Positions 50,893 through 59,699 of a DNA stretch of 64,000 nt are shown in pieces. The stretch comes from Halobacteriovoraceae bacterium (GTDB taxonomy: Bacteria > Bdellovibrionota > Bacteriovoracia > Bacteriovoracales > Bacteriovoracaceae): the NCBI GenBank assembly GCA_963719505.1, contig CAVRCF010000001.1:864001-928000 (forward strand), read 5' to 3'. Below the pieces are notes generated by a model. It did no database searches and was not told where the DNA came from. It was given only the letters and a program-made list of their open reading frames with translations. The translations under genes were made by a program, and so were the position numbers. Within the stretch, counting starts at the first letter, position 1. Each line of letters opens with the position of its first letter.

Positions 50893-51819
50893 ATGTTAAA
50901 AATTGCCTTTCTTTTTATGACAATTTTCATGAGTGCAAGTTACGGCGGAGATCTCGTCTTTCTTACTTCATTGCCCAAAGAACAACTTAAGACGACGCTC
51001 AAGCTCAATAAAATAATTCAAAAGAAGCTCAGTAAGATTAAAGATCATAAAATAGTTATTATTAATAATTCTGATCAAGAAACCTTGTACAAGTATTTAA
51101 ATTCTCCAAAAACGATTTCATTGGTTTGGTTAGGGCACGGTGCTTTTAAAGCACAGCCTGACAATCAAGCTCTTCGCGCGCAAGCCATACTCCTTGATTA
51201 TAAGAGGGACAATATTGCCAAAGTCTTTCAGCGAGTTCATCCCAATATTAAATTTCTATCGATTGTAGGGTGCAACTCGTCTCAAATTGTTGAACCTTAT
51301 ATATTAAAGGGTCAGTTTGTTGACTCTTATATTCCCGATCGAAAAGTGATAGCGACTTGGGCTCTGAGAAAAGCTATTAGGAAATTAAAGAGAAGCTTAT
51401 CTAAAATTTCAGAAAATTTTCTTTCTGAAGATATTGTTAATCATGGATATCCGCTTGAGGTCGTTAGAGAAATTACAACTGACACAATGAAGTCGGTAAG
51501 GCTTATTGTTGGAGGTTCTTTAGTTGGCATACTCCCGCGAGGGATAAAAGGTGACATACAGAGAAAGGTTTTCTATATCCAAGCAAAGAAAAACATGAAG
51601 CGTAGCGAATTAAAAGTCATAGTAGAGTCTGGTCAATCAGCTTTCGACACAGAAGATAATTTTGGAAATATTAATTTATCTATAAATCATTTAAATCTTT
51701 GGACGCTTTTTAGTAAAGCTAACGGAGAGCCCTTTGGAACCAATGAGAGAATATTCTTATTTAATTCCGAAATCATAAATATTGGAGAGGCACAAGACTA
51801 TGCCCTCTACTCTTACTAA
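50893..51819 (+). CDS. Secreted protein, putative clan CD cysteine protease
   Basis: Signal peptide; LVWLGHG (H82) and FLSIVGC (C127) dyad motifs. Confidence 0.6.
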   Translation: MLKIAFLFMTIFMSASYGGDLVFLTSLPKEQLKTTLKLNKIIQKKLSKIKDHKIVIINNSDQETLYKYLNSPKTISLVWLGHGAFKAQPDNQALRAQAILLDYKRDNIAKVFQRVHPNIKFLSIVGCNSSQIVEPYILKGQFVDSYIPDRKVIATWALRKAIRKLKRSLSKISENFLSEDIVNHGYPLEVVREITTDTMKSVRLIVGGSLVGILPRGIKGDIQRKVFYIQAKKNMKRSELKVIVESGQSAFDTEDNFGNINLSINHLNLWTLFSKANGEPFGTNERIFLFNSEIINIGEAQDYALYSY

Positions 51820-51830
51820 GGAGAGACTAC

Positions 51831-52379
51831 ATGAAAAATAAATTTTTATCACTGTTTATGGCTTTTTCTATTTTCTTTATGGCCCAAAACTTTATCGCAC
51901 CAAAGGCCGAAGCTGCAGTCGGTTTGATTATAAAACATCAAACTGCGACAACAGTTGGGGGAATTGCAGCGGCTGGAAGTGCTGGTGTCTTGGGAGGAGC
52001 AATTTTACTAGGACAGTTAGGTGTTGTTAACTACAGCTTAGGTGGCGTTATCCTTTTATTATTTGGAACCGCTTTCGTGGCTGCTGTAGGGCTTATTGTT
52101 CTTGATGACAAGACAGTCGCAGATATGGATTTTGTTAGGTTGAATAACAAAAATAATATATCCGATTTTGATCACTATACTGTTGAAGTTTACAACTCAG
52201 AAATTAATGAGTTAAACGCTATTAGAAAAACAATTCAAAGTGAGCTATCAGAAAAAAGTACTGTAGAAGAGTCGAGAGATAAGTGGAATGAGTATAAAGA
52301 GTTCTTAAGTTTAGAAACTATTGAAGTCGCTGAATTTATGGCCCAAAATCTTGCTAAAGATTTTAAAATAAAAAAATAA
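51831..52379 (+). CDS. Secreted/membrane protein with Gly-rich hydrophobic hairpin (paralog of 48807)
   Basis: AAGGAG RBS; signal peptide ending AEA; colinear similarity with 48807. Confidence 0.8.
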   Translation: MKNKFLSLFMAFSIFFMAQNFIAPKAEAAVGLIIKHQTATTVGGIAAAGSAGVLGGAILLGQLGVVNYSLGGVILLLFGTAFVAAVGLIVLDDKTVADMDFVRLNNKNNISDFDHYTVEVYNSEINELNAIRKTIQSELSEKSTVEESRDKWNEYKEFLSLETIEVAEFMAQNLAKDFKIKK

Positions 52380-52416
52380 ATTGTTTAATAAGTTCTTATT
52401 CAGTTAGAATCCTCTA

Positions 52417-52929
52417 ATGAATAAGAACTTACTTAAAGCTATCGATTTCCTGATCAAAAGATCAGAATCAAAATCAGGAATTCTTACTATTGAAAAACTT
52501 TTCAAAATAGGAATTCCTTTCAATAAACCCCACGGAATATCTTTTAAAAAGCTCAGCTCCTTCGAAAGTGTCATGACAATGAAAAATAAAAGAGGCAATC
52601 ACAATCACTTGGGAGGAATCCACGCTTGTGCCATTGCAACTGTTGGAGAGTTCTCAGCTGGAATTTTGCTTTGCAAAAACTTTGAGATGAATTCTTTCAG
52701 AGTCATTATGAAAGAGATAAGTGTTACTTACTCGTCTCAAGCAAGAAAAGATATCATCTCAACGGCAACAATTGACGCGTCAGTCGTCGAGGATCTAAAG
52801 AAAAGAATTGTTCTTGATGCACAGGCAGATGTCGATTTAGTGTCTGAAATAAAAGATATAACAGGTAAAAATATTGCGCTTGTTAAAACCAGCTGGCAGT
52901 TAAAGTCATGGAAAGAGGTAAGAAATTAA
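52417..52929 (+). CDS. Hotdog-fold PaaI/YiiD-like thioesterase protein
   Basis: IPFNKPHG and NHNHLGGIHACAIATVGE motifs. Confidence 0.8.
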   Translation: MNKNLLKAIDFLIKRSESKSGILTIEKLFKIGIPFNKPHGISFKKLSSFESVMTMKNKRGNHNHLGGIHACAIATVGEFSAGILLCKNFEMNSFRVIMKEISVTYSSQARKDIISTATIDASVVEDLKKRIVLDAQADVDLVSEIKDITGKNIALVKTSWQLKSWKEVRN

Positions 52930-53290
52930 ATTACTATTGTTAACGATTTTTATATCAAGTTGTGCGACTTTAGAAATGGAGCCGACCGACTACTCAGGTG
53001 ATAACTCATTTTTAAAAAGTATTCTTGTCAGTGCAACTCCTAGGTTAAGAACTTGCTTTGAAGATTATTTGCAAGGTAATCCTAAAACACCAATCTCCTT
53101 TTCCACTCAAGTCATAGTCGATAATAGTGGACAGGTTGAGTCGGTCACTTTGAGTAGAACTTTTCCAAACAAGTTAGATAATTGCTTCAAATACTCCTTT
53201 TATCAATTAAAATTCCCACCCAACACTTCACCAGGTGCAAAGGGTTTTGAGATTAATCAACCTTATAAATTGTTTCCCGTCCCTAGATAG
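52925..53290 (+). CDS. Small lipoprotein with AgmX/PglI (TonB-C-like) domain; start uncertain
   Basis: KLLLLTIFISSC lipobox; LRTCFE..L..NP...SGQV...CF....LKFP pattern. Confidence 0.65.
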   Translation: MKLLLLTIFISSCATLEMEPTDYSGDNSFLKSILVSATPRLRTCFEDYLQGNPKTPISFSTQVIVDNSGQVESVTLSRTFPNKLDNCFKYSFYQLKFPPNTSPGAKGFEINQPYKLFPVPR

Positions 53291-53398
53291 GGAAGCTTAT
53301 TTGTCAGGTACTAAAGTAAGAAACAAATAGTTTTCAAACTAAATTCACCGTGACAGTATTAAACCTCGAACACTAGAAACCAAGGATAAGGTACTAAT

Positions 53399-54577
53399 AT
53401 GAAAAAATTATGGATGATTTGTGCTCTGGCACTTACGACCTCGGCATTTGCCAAAGACGTTTACGTCACAATCGGAACTGACGCAGTTCAATCTTCAACA
53501 AAAAGTTTCTCAAATATGAAAGCATTAGATCATTTTGATGGGATTTCTGTTTTAAAAATAGAGACTGATCAAATTGAAGAATTATCTCAGCTTATGCATG
53601 ATAAATTTCACAGATGTGGTGGTTTTATCGTTCACGACAGTAAGTCTGAAGCCCTTGAGGTTTTAAGTAACACAGCGGTGAGAAAATTTGCTAAAAATTC
53701 TATTAATATTGATTATTCAATTACTGAAGGTGCAACCACTACAGCAATGGTCAGTATGGTTAAAGAGTTCAATATCAGAGCGACAATTGAAAAGCTTTCT
53801 TCTTTTAACAATAGATATTATAAAGCTCAAACGGGGCTAGACTCTCAGGCTTGGCTTAAGGGTCAGTGGGAATCAATGTCTACTGGAAGAAGTGATGTAA
53901 AGGTTGAATACTTCAAGCATTCAAGTTTTCCTCAACCATCAGTCATAATGACTGTTGAAGGAACAGTAAAAGCTGATGAAATTGTTGTCATTGGTGGACA
54001 TGCAGACTCTATCGCCGGTTTTTGGGGAAGAGAAAGAGCTAGAGCGCCAGGGGCTGATGATAATGCTTCAGGGATTGCGACAGTGACTGAAACAATCAGA
54101 GTCTTAATGGAGACTGGTCATAAGCCACAAAGAACAATTAAATTTATGGCTTATGCTGCAGAAGAAGTTGGACTTTTAGGTTCTAAAGATATTGCGAATA
54201 GCTTTAAAAAAGATGGGAAAAATGTTGTTGGTGTTATGCAACTTGATATGACTAACCACCCAGGAACGGTTGGTAAAGATATTGTCTTTATGACTGATTA
54301 TACTAACCAAGCGCAAACAGAGTTCATGGGAAAATTAATTGATACTTATGTAAAAGTTCCTTGGGGATATTCTAAATGTGGATACGGATGTTCAGACCAT
54401 GCTTCTTGGCATAATGCTGGATACCCAGCGAGTATGCCATTTGAATCGACAATGCAAGATATCAACGGTAAGATTCACACAAAGAATGATACCATCGAGC
54501 AATCTGGTGGAGACGCTACTCACGCTGAGAAATTTGCAAAGCTTGCAGTTTCTTTCTTAGTGGAGCTAGGTAAATAA
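53399..54577 (+). CDS. Secreted M28 leucyl aminopeptidase
   Basis: HRCGGF propeptide, GGHADS, GADDNASG, AAEEVGLLGS, QLDMT and CSDHASW motifs. Confidence 0.93.
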   Translation: MKKLWMICALALTTSAFAKDVYVTIGTDAVQSSTKSFSNMKALDHFDGISVLKIETDQIEELSQLMHDKFHRCGGFIVHDSKSEALEVLSNTAVRKFAKNSINIDYSITEGATTTAMVSMVKEFNIRATIEKLSSFNNRYYKAQTGLDSQAWLKGQWESMSTGRSDVKVEYFKHSSFPQPSVIMTVEGTVKADEIVVIGGHADSIAGFWGRERARAPGADDNASGIATVTETIRVLMETGHKPQRTIKFMAYAAEEVGLLGSKDIANSFKKDGKNVVGVMQLDMTNHPGTVGKDIVFMTDYTNQAQTEFMGKLIDTYVKVPWGYSKCGYGCSDHASWHNAGYPASMPFESTMQDINGKIHTKNDTIEQSGGDATHAEKFAKLAVSFLVELGK

Positions 54578-54595
54578 TTAAAAAGAAGAGAGAAT

Positions 54596-57298
54596 TTGAA
54601 TTTAGAAAAATTTTTTGAAGAATTAAAAGTTGGCCTTCCTCTAACATACAAAGTGTTTCAAAAAACATCTTTGTCTGAAGAGGAGGGCCATCTTCGTTCT
54701 ACAGACGAAGCAAAAATAATATTAGAAACCATCAAGAAAATTTCTCTTAAAAGAGAAGAGTTTCTCAAGGCACAGCCAAGTCTTGAGTCGATCTATGAAA
54801 AAGATTATGGTCCAGTAAAAGACCATACAGATCGAGAGTCTATTCTTGAGATTTGTTTTCTTGATGACTATCTTTTTCCATCAACAGAAGCTTACCCCTT
54901 TAGTAGCGAGCAAGTTGTAACTGAAGAGCTTCTCGATAATTACGAGATATCTTTTTCTGAATGGATGAATGAAAAAATTGAAGGACATCTCAAAGCTCAA
55001 AATAAAATTCACCACGACTTTCATATAGACCTTAAACCATCAGAAATTGGATGTGGTTGTACAAAATGTAATGGTGATTTTAGAGCAAAAATTAGAGACT
55101 CTGTCTTTAAAGATCAGGTTGCTATTATCGACCAAAGTGAAGAGGCTCTTCATGATCTCATTTTAACTGAAAAGATTGTTTATATCGCAGACTATGTTCA
55201 GAAAATGAAAAAACGTCTGGATAAAAATTCTCATAAAGTTCGATACAAGTTGAAAAGAGGCTCTTTAAATAAACTCGATGCAGATGTTAAAGCTTATTTT
55301 AAATCTAAGTTTGGTTTTAACTCAGAGCTAGGATTGGTATATAAGGAGAGGCTGCTAACATTCTTTAATCAGGTTTTAGCTGAAAGAGAATTGATGGCAG
55401 ACCTTGTGTCTCCAGAAGAATACGAACGATTTTTTACTCAACTTGGTATTGGCATTTGGAAGGCACCAAATTTTCTTAAAAAAGAATTTGAAAAGCTAGT
55501 CAATGCTGTCATGACTTTCAAAAGAAAAGATATTTCAGGAACAATACTGAAAGACTACTTAGGACAGTTTTGGCTTCACTCAGTCGCGAGACATAAAACG
55601 AGAAAAATCGTTTATCATATGGGACCCACAAACTCTGGAAAAACCTATAATGCTATAGAGGCACTTTCGAAAGCCAAAGATGGTTGCTACTTAGCGCCTC
55701 TAAGACTTCTTGCCAGTGAGCTTTATGACACCCTTAATGAAAAAGGTTGTAAGACTACTTTGTTAACCGGAGAAGAGGTTATTGAGACAGAAGGGGCAAC
55801 CCACTTTTCTTCAACTATCGAAATGGCCAGGCTGAACGAAGAATTTGACTGTGCTGTTATTGATGAAATTCAAATGATTACTGACACTCAAAGAGGTTGG
55901 GCTTGGACAAGGGCCCTAGTTAATCTCAATGCAAATGAAGTTCATCTATGCGGAGATCAATCAGTTTTAGAACTCGTTGAGAAAATACTTAAGCTTACGG
56001 GTGATGAGCTTGTCGTTCATAATTATGAGAGAAAAACAGAACTTAGTGTTATGAATAAAACGATTAGACTCGTTGACCTTGAGAAGAATGATGCTCTCAT
56101 TGTTTTTTCAAGAAGAAATGCACTTAAGTATAAGAGAGATCTTGAAAACTTAGGTTTCAAGGTTTCTATCGTCTACGGAAGACTTAGTCCTGAGGTTCGA
56201 CGAGAGCAGGCGAGAAAATTTGACCAAGGTGAAACCGACATTATGGTCTCTACCGATGCCATCGCTATGGGGATGAACCTTCCAGTTAAGAGGATTGTTT
56301 TCTCTACACTTTCAAAGTTTTTTAATTCAAAGGAACATCCGATCACCGTCAGTGAAATTAAACAAATTGCTGGTCGGGCGGGACGCTTTCAAAGATTTCC
56401 AGAAGGTTTTACAACCACTTTAGCAAAAGTGGAAGACGGACTTGATCGTTTAAATGAAGCTCTTGATTGCAAACTTGATCAAAAAGAGCTAGCAATGGTT
56501 GGGCCAGACCTTGATATTTTTAGATCAGTTAATGAAGCCCTTGAAGAGAGTAGTTTACCAACGCTAAGTTTGACTGAGTTTTTAAGACTTTTTAACACGA
56601 TGACATTTGAAAAACCTTTTTACTGTGTCGACATGAAAGAGATGATCGAAGTTGCAGAGATGGTTGAGTCCAATGATGAAGATGGCGTCCTCAGCGATTC
56701 CGAAATTTTTGGTTTTGCTTGTGCCCCAGTTAACTTAGGCCTAACAGATCATGTTCAGTATTTTGTATGGATCCTGAGCCACTATGTCAGTGCACAGTCC
56801 ATTGTGAATGAACCTATTGATCATGACTCTGACGATATTGACTACCTTGAGACGGCCATAAAGTGTGTCGAGCTCTACCAGTGGTTGGCGCGACATTTTG
56901 ATAATAACCATTTTGCATTTTCTGAAGTAGACCTTTTAGAAAATAAATCTATGGCCATTGAGTCTTTAAACTCACTGTTATCAGAGAAAATTTCAGCAAA
57001 ATGTTCATCATGTGGATGTAAACTTCCAGATTCTCATAACTATAATATTTGTGAAAACTGTTTTGGCCAAAGACGTCGAAGACGTGGACCTAAACATTAT
57101 GATGCAAAAGGGAATAAAGAGGGAGCCTCTAGCGGAGGAGGAACCTCTCATAGACGTGGCAAGAGTTCTAAGAAGAGTGGTTCAAAATCCGGTTCTTCTA
57201 ATGCTTCTGATTCTCGATTTTCTAGCGCAAGACCAGCTAAAAAGTCTGGTAAAAAGAAAAGTAAAAAGAATAAAGCTGATGCTTTTAAAAGAGGCTAG
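54596..57298 (+). CDS. SUV3-family SF2 helicase with N-terminal extension and Zn ribbon
   Basis: GPTNSGKT, PLRLLA, IDEIQM...RGWAWTRAL, STDAIAMGMNL and QIAGRAGR motifs. Confidence 0.92.
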   Translation: MNLEKFFEELKVGLPLTYKVFQKTSLSEEEGHLRSTDEAKIILETIKKISLKREEFLKAQPSLESIYEKDYGPVKDHTDRESILEICFLDDYLFPSTEAYPFSSEQVVTEELLDNYEISFSEWMNEKIEGHLKAQNKIHHDFHIDLKPSEIGCGCTKCNGDFRAKIRDSVFKDQVAIIDQSEEALHDLILTEKIVYIADYVQKMKKRLDKNSHKVRYKLKRGSLNKLDADVKAYFKSKFGFNSELGLVYKERLLTFFNQVLAERELMADLVSPEEYERFFTQLGIGIWKAPNFLKKEFEKLVNAVMTFKRKDISGTILKDYLGQFWLHSVARHKTRKIVYHMGPTNSGKTYNAIEALSKAKDGCYLAPLRLLASELYDTLNEKGCKTTLLTGEEVIETEGATHFSSTIEMARLNEEFDCAVIDEIQMITDTQRGWAWTRALVNLNANEVHLCGDQSVLELVEKILKLTGDELVVHNYERKTELSVMNKTIRLVDLEKNDALIVFSRRNALKYKRDLENLGFKVSIVYGRLSPEVRREQARKFDQGETDIMVSTDAIAMGMNLPVKRIVFSTLSKFFNSKEHPITVSEIKQIAGRAGRFQRFPEGFTTTLAKVEDGLDRLNEALDCKLDQKELAMVGPDLDIFRSVNEALEESSLPTLSLTEFLRLFNTMTFEKPFYCVDMKEMIEVAEMVESNDEDGVLSDSEIFGFACAPVNLGLTDHVQYFVWILSHYVSAQSIVNEPIDHDSDDIDYLETAIKCVELYQWLARHFDNNHFAFSEVDLLENKSMAIESLNSLLSEKISAKCSSCGCKLPDSHNYNICENCFGQRRRRRGPKHYDAKGNKEGASSGGGTSHRRGKSSKKSGSKSGSSNASDSRFSSARPAKKSGKKKSKKNKADAFKRG

Positions 57299-58809
57299 TT
57301 GATAGCCTTAAATTTAGCAGCACAACTTCTATAGACAATTGAACTAAACGAGTACTTATTTTTTATTTTATTAAAATAAGCTTTCGTAAAGACTTGCTTC
57401 ATCTTCTCTTTTGTAAGCCAACCATTAACATTACCATAATAGATGGCACCACCAATTCCAGTTGCGATAAGAATCGGTCTGGCCATTGGGATTCCCATCA
57501 GCTCCAATCCTACGCCGGTGACAGAGAAAAAAGAAAGCATTGAAGCTCTTGAGCGAGCCCAATTTTCAATTCTTTTCAAAGCTTTGTGCGAATTCTTACC
57601 AATGATATGTTCCGAACCAGGGGTCTTTAATTTCTTAATTTCTGCGATGAGTGCATCTTTATTTTCGACTGCCACTTTACCCAGTGTTACTGCCTCAAGA
57701 AGTTCATCGACCTTTTGAAGTTTTCTTTTTTGAATAGCGATGTCGCCTGGACCTTGGGCAAGCATTCCAAACGTACTTCCTGTTAAAATATCTGCCGCAG
57801 CACCGGCAAAGCTAGTAGCGCCACCTATACCGGCAACAGCTTGTGGGATCTTTAAGGCAAAGGTTGTAAAAGCCACTTCTGTGGCAAACCATTTTACGTA
57901 TTCATCTGCCATTGTGAGCTTTTTGGCAATTGCTGCAATTCGATTTGTTTTGTTCTCAACAATATCAGTCGTTACTTTTCTCACTTTTTGCTCAAACAGC
58001 TCTGGATCATTGAGATAGAGGTCAGGTCTTGCTTTGGCAAAAAACTTTTTATTATTAAGAAGATGCTTTTCAAAGTTTGGAACATTGAGCCCCATTGCTC
58101 CTCTTAAAATTTTGGCAAATTTTTTATCAGACTCTAGAACCCACTTAGACCAGCTTCCATTGGTAATGAATTTTCCATATGACCCGTTAAAGTATGTTAT
58201 GGCCCCACTTGCAGCGCCAGGCCAAAAGGCCACACTTGCGGCAATTCCTGGAGCGACCCCCTCGACTAGGGTTAAGGCTGCAAATGTTGGTATGGCCCCG
58301 ATTGTGAAGCGGGTGAATGTCCAAAACTTCTGACCAGGAGAGAAAGCATTAGGTTCTCTTGTGTTATAGGAATCAGAATTAAAGAAAACTGTTTGGGGAA
58401 TAGATTCAAATTTCTTTGTTGATTTCTCTAGCTTCAAAGTCTTTATGATTTCTTCTAATACTTTTGAATCATCTGTCTCTTTCGCAGAGATGCTAAGAAT
58501 TTCTGGATGAAAATTCCGATTAGATTTTCTCTCATCTTCGACCATCTCAGCAAGGTATTGAAGTCGTTGTTGGGCTTCTGGACTTTCGTCGTAGCTTCCA
58601 AAGTAGTATTCAATAACTACTGGGTTTGTTGCATCTTGGTTCTCCTCATACTGAGGGGTGGTATACAAATAACCAATATCGTCAGGTCTCAAAGAGTCTT
58701 GCTGATCGGGAGAAACATCAAGAAACGCATTCAGGTTTATGTAGCCTTCGCTTGCTAGAGGAGAGTTTGAAACAAAAATGAGGGTTAAAAGGCATATTAT
58801 TCTTATCAT
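57295..58809 (-). CDS. Exported multi-pass membrane hypothetical protein
   Basis: Signal peptide from ATG 58809 (MIRIICLL); three Gly/Ala-rich hydrophobic blocks. Confidence 0.7.
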   Translation of the reverse strand: MIRIICLLTLIFVSNSPLASEGYINLNAFLDVSPDQQDSLRPDDIGYLYTTPQYEENQDATNPVVIEYYFGSYDESPEAQQRLQYLAEMVEDERKSNRNFHPEILSISAKETDDSKVLEEIIKTLKLEKSTKKFESIPQTVFFNSDSYNTREPNAFSPGQKFWTFTRFTIGAIPTFAALTLVEGVAPGIAASVAFWPGAASGAITYFNGSYGKFITNGSWSKWVLESDKKFAKILRGAMGLNVPNFEKHLLNNKKFFAKARPDLYLNDPELFEQKVRKVTTDIVENKTNRIAAIAKKLTMADEYVKWFATEVAFTTFALKIPQAVAGIGGATSFAGAAADILTGSTFGMLAQGPGDIAIQKRKLQKVDELLEAVTLGKVAVENKDALIAEIKKLKTPGSEHIIGKNSHKALKRIENWARSRASMLSFFSVTGVGLELMGIPMARPILIATGIGGAIYYGNVNGWLTKEKMKQVFTKAYFNKIKNKYSFSSIVYRSCAAKFKAIN

Positions 58810-58815
58810 GTACTC

Positions 58816-58843
58816 GTATCGGCTTGATATCAGGCTTCCTTTA
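58816..58843 (-). promoter_or_regulatory. Putative sigma28 (FliA-type) promoter, leaderless start
   Basis: Minus strand TAAA-N16-GCCGATAC, then 6 nt to ATG 58809; no SD. Confidence 0.6.
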
Positions 58844-58889
58844 GGACAAATTACTTGGATTTTGAGTCGATTGGACATATATTTTTCTT

Positions 58890-59699
58890 ATGAAACTCAG
58901 TGAATTTACAGACAAAATTTTAAATGGAGGTGAACTCTCTGATAAGCTTTATTATCCGAAGCAAATAGAGTTTGATCAGTCCCCACAAAAGAGAATCTTA
59001 AGCCCAAAACGAGAGGGGAAGATAGAGTTTTCAGATAAACAAGCAAAATTTCCAAAAGGTCATTTTCACGAAAAAAAACGAACGGCGATGGCGCTTAATG
59101 CTTTTGCTAATCACGAACTTCTGGCCGTTGAGATCATGGCTTATGCTTTAAGTATTTTCGATCATAATACACCAGAACTTGTACGCTTTAAAAAAGGAAT
59201 CCTTTCAGCGTTAAAAGATGAACAAAAACATTTTAAGCTATACGCCAATAGAATGAAACAACTAGGATATGAGTTTGGGGACTTTCCTTTAAATGACTTT
59301 TTTTGGAATCATATGAAAGATATGAAAACACCAGAAGAATACCTTTCGATGATGGCCATGACCTTTGAGGCCGCGAACTTAGATTTTTCTTTTCACTATG
59401 AGAAAATTTTTAGAGATCTAGGTGATGAGAAAACAGCAGATATTTTAAAAGTGGTTTATGAAGATGAAATAAGTCATGTGGGCTTTGGTGTGAACTATCT
59501 AAACCGATGGAAAGAAGATCAGTCTCTTTGGGATTATTATAAAAGTTGTCTTCCATTTCCTCTTACACCTGCCAGAGCAAGAGGAAAGAGCTTTGATAGA
59601 GAAAGTCGTGTTAAAGCCAAGATGGATGATCACTTTATTTCACATCTTTTAAACTATAAAGATGACTACAAAGTTACGGCCAGAAAAGAGTGGAAATGA
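58890..59699 (+). CDS. Ferritin-like diiron protein (DUF455-like)
   Basis: ANHELLAVE, DEQKH, FEAANLD and DEISHV ligand pattern. Confidence 0.82.
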   Translation: MKLSEFTDKILNGGELSDKLYYPKQIEFDQSPQKRILSPKREGKIEFSDKQAKFPKGHFHEKKRTAMALNAFANHELLAVEIMAYALSIFDHNTPELVRFKKGILSALKDEQKHFKLYANRMKQLGYEFGDFPLNDFFWNHMKDMKTPEEYLSMMAMTFEAANLDFSFHYEKIFRDLGDEKTADILKVVYEDEISHVGFGVNYLNRWKEDQSLWDYYKSCLPFPLTPARARGKSFDRESRVKAKMDDHFISHLLNYKDDYKVTARKEWK

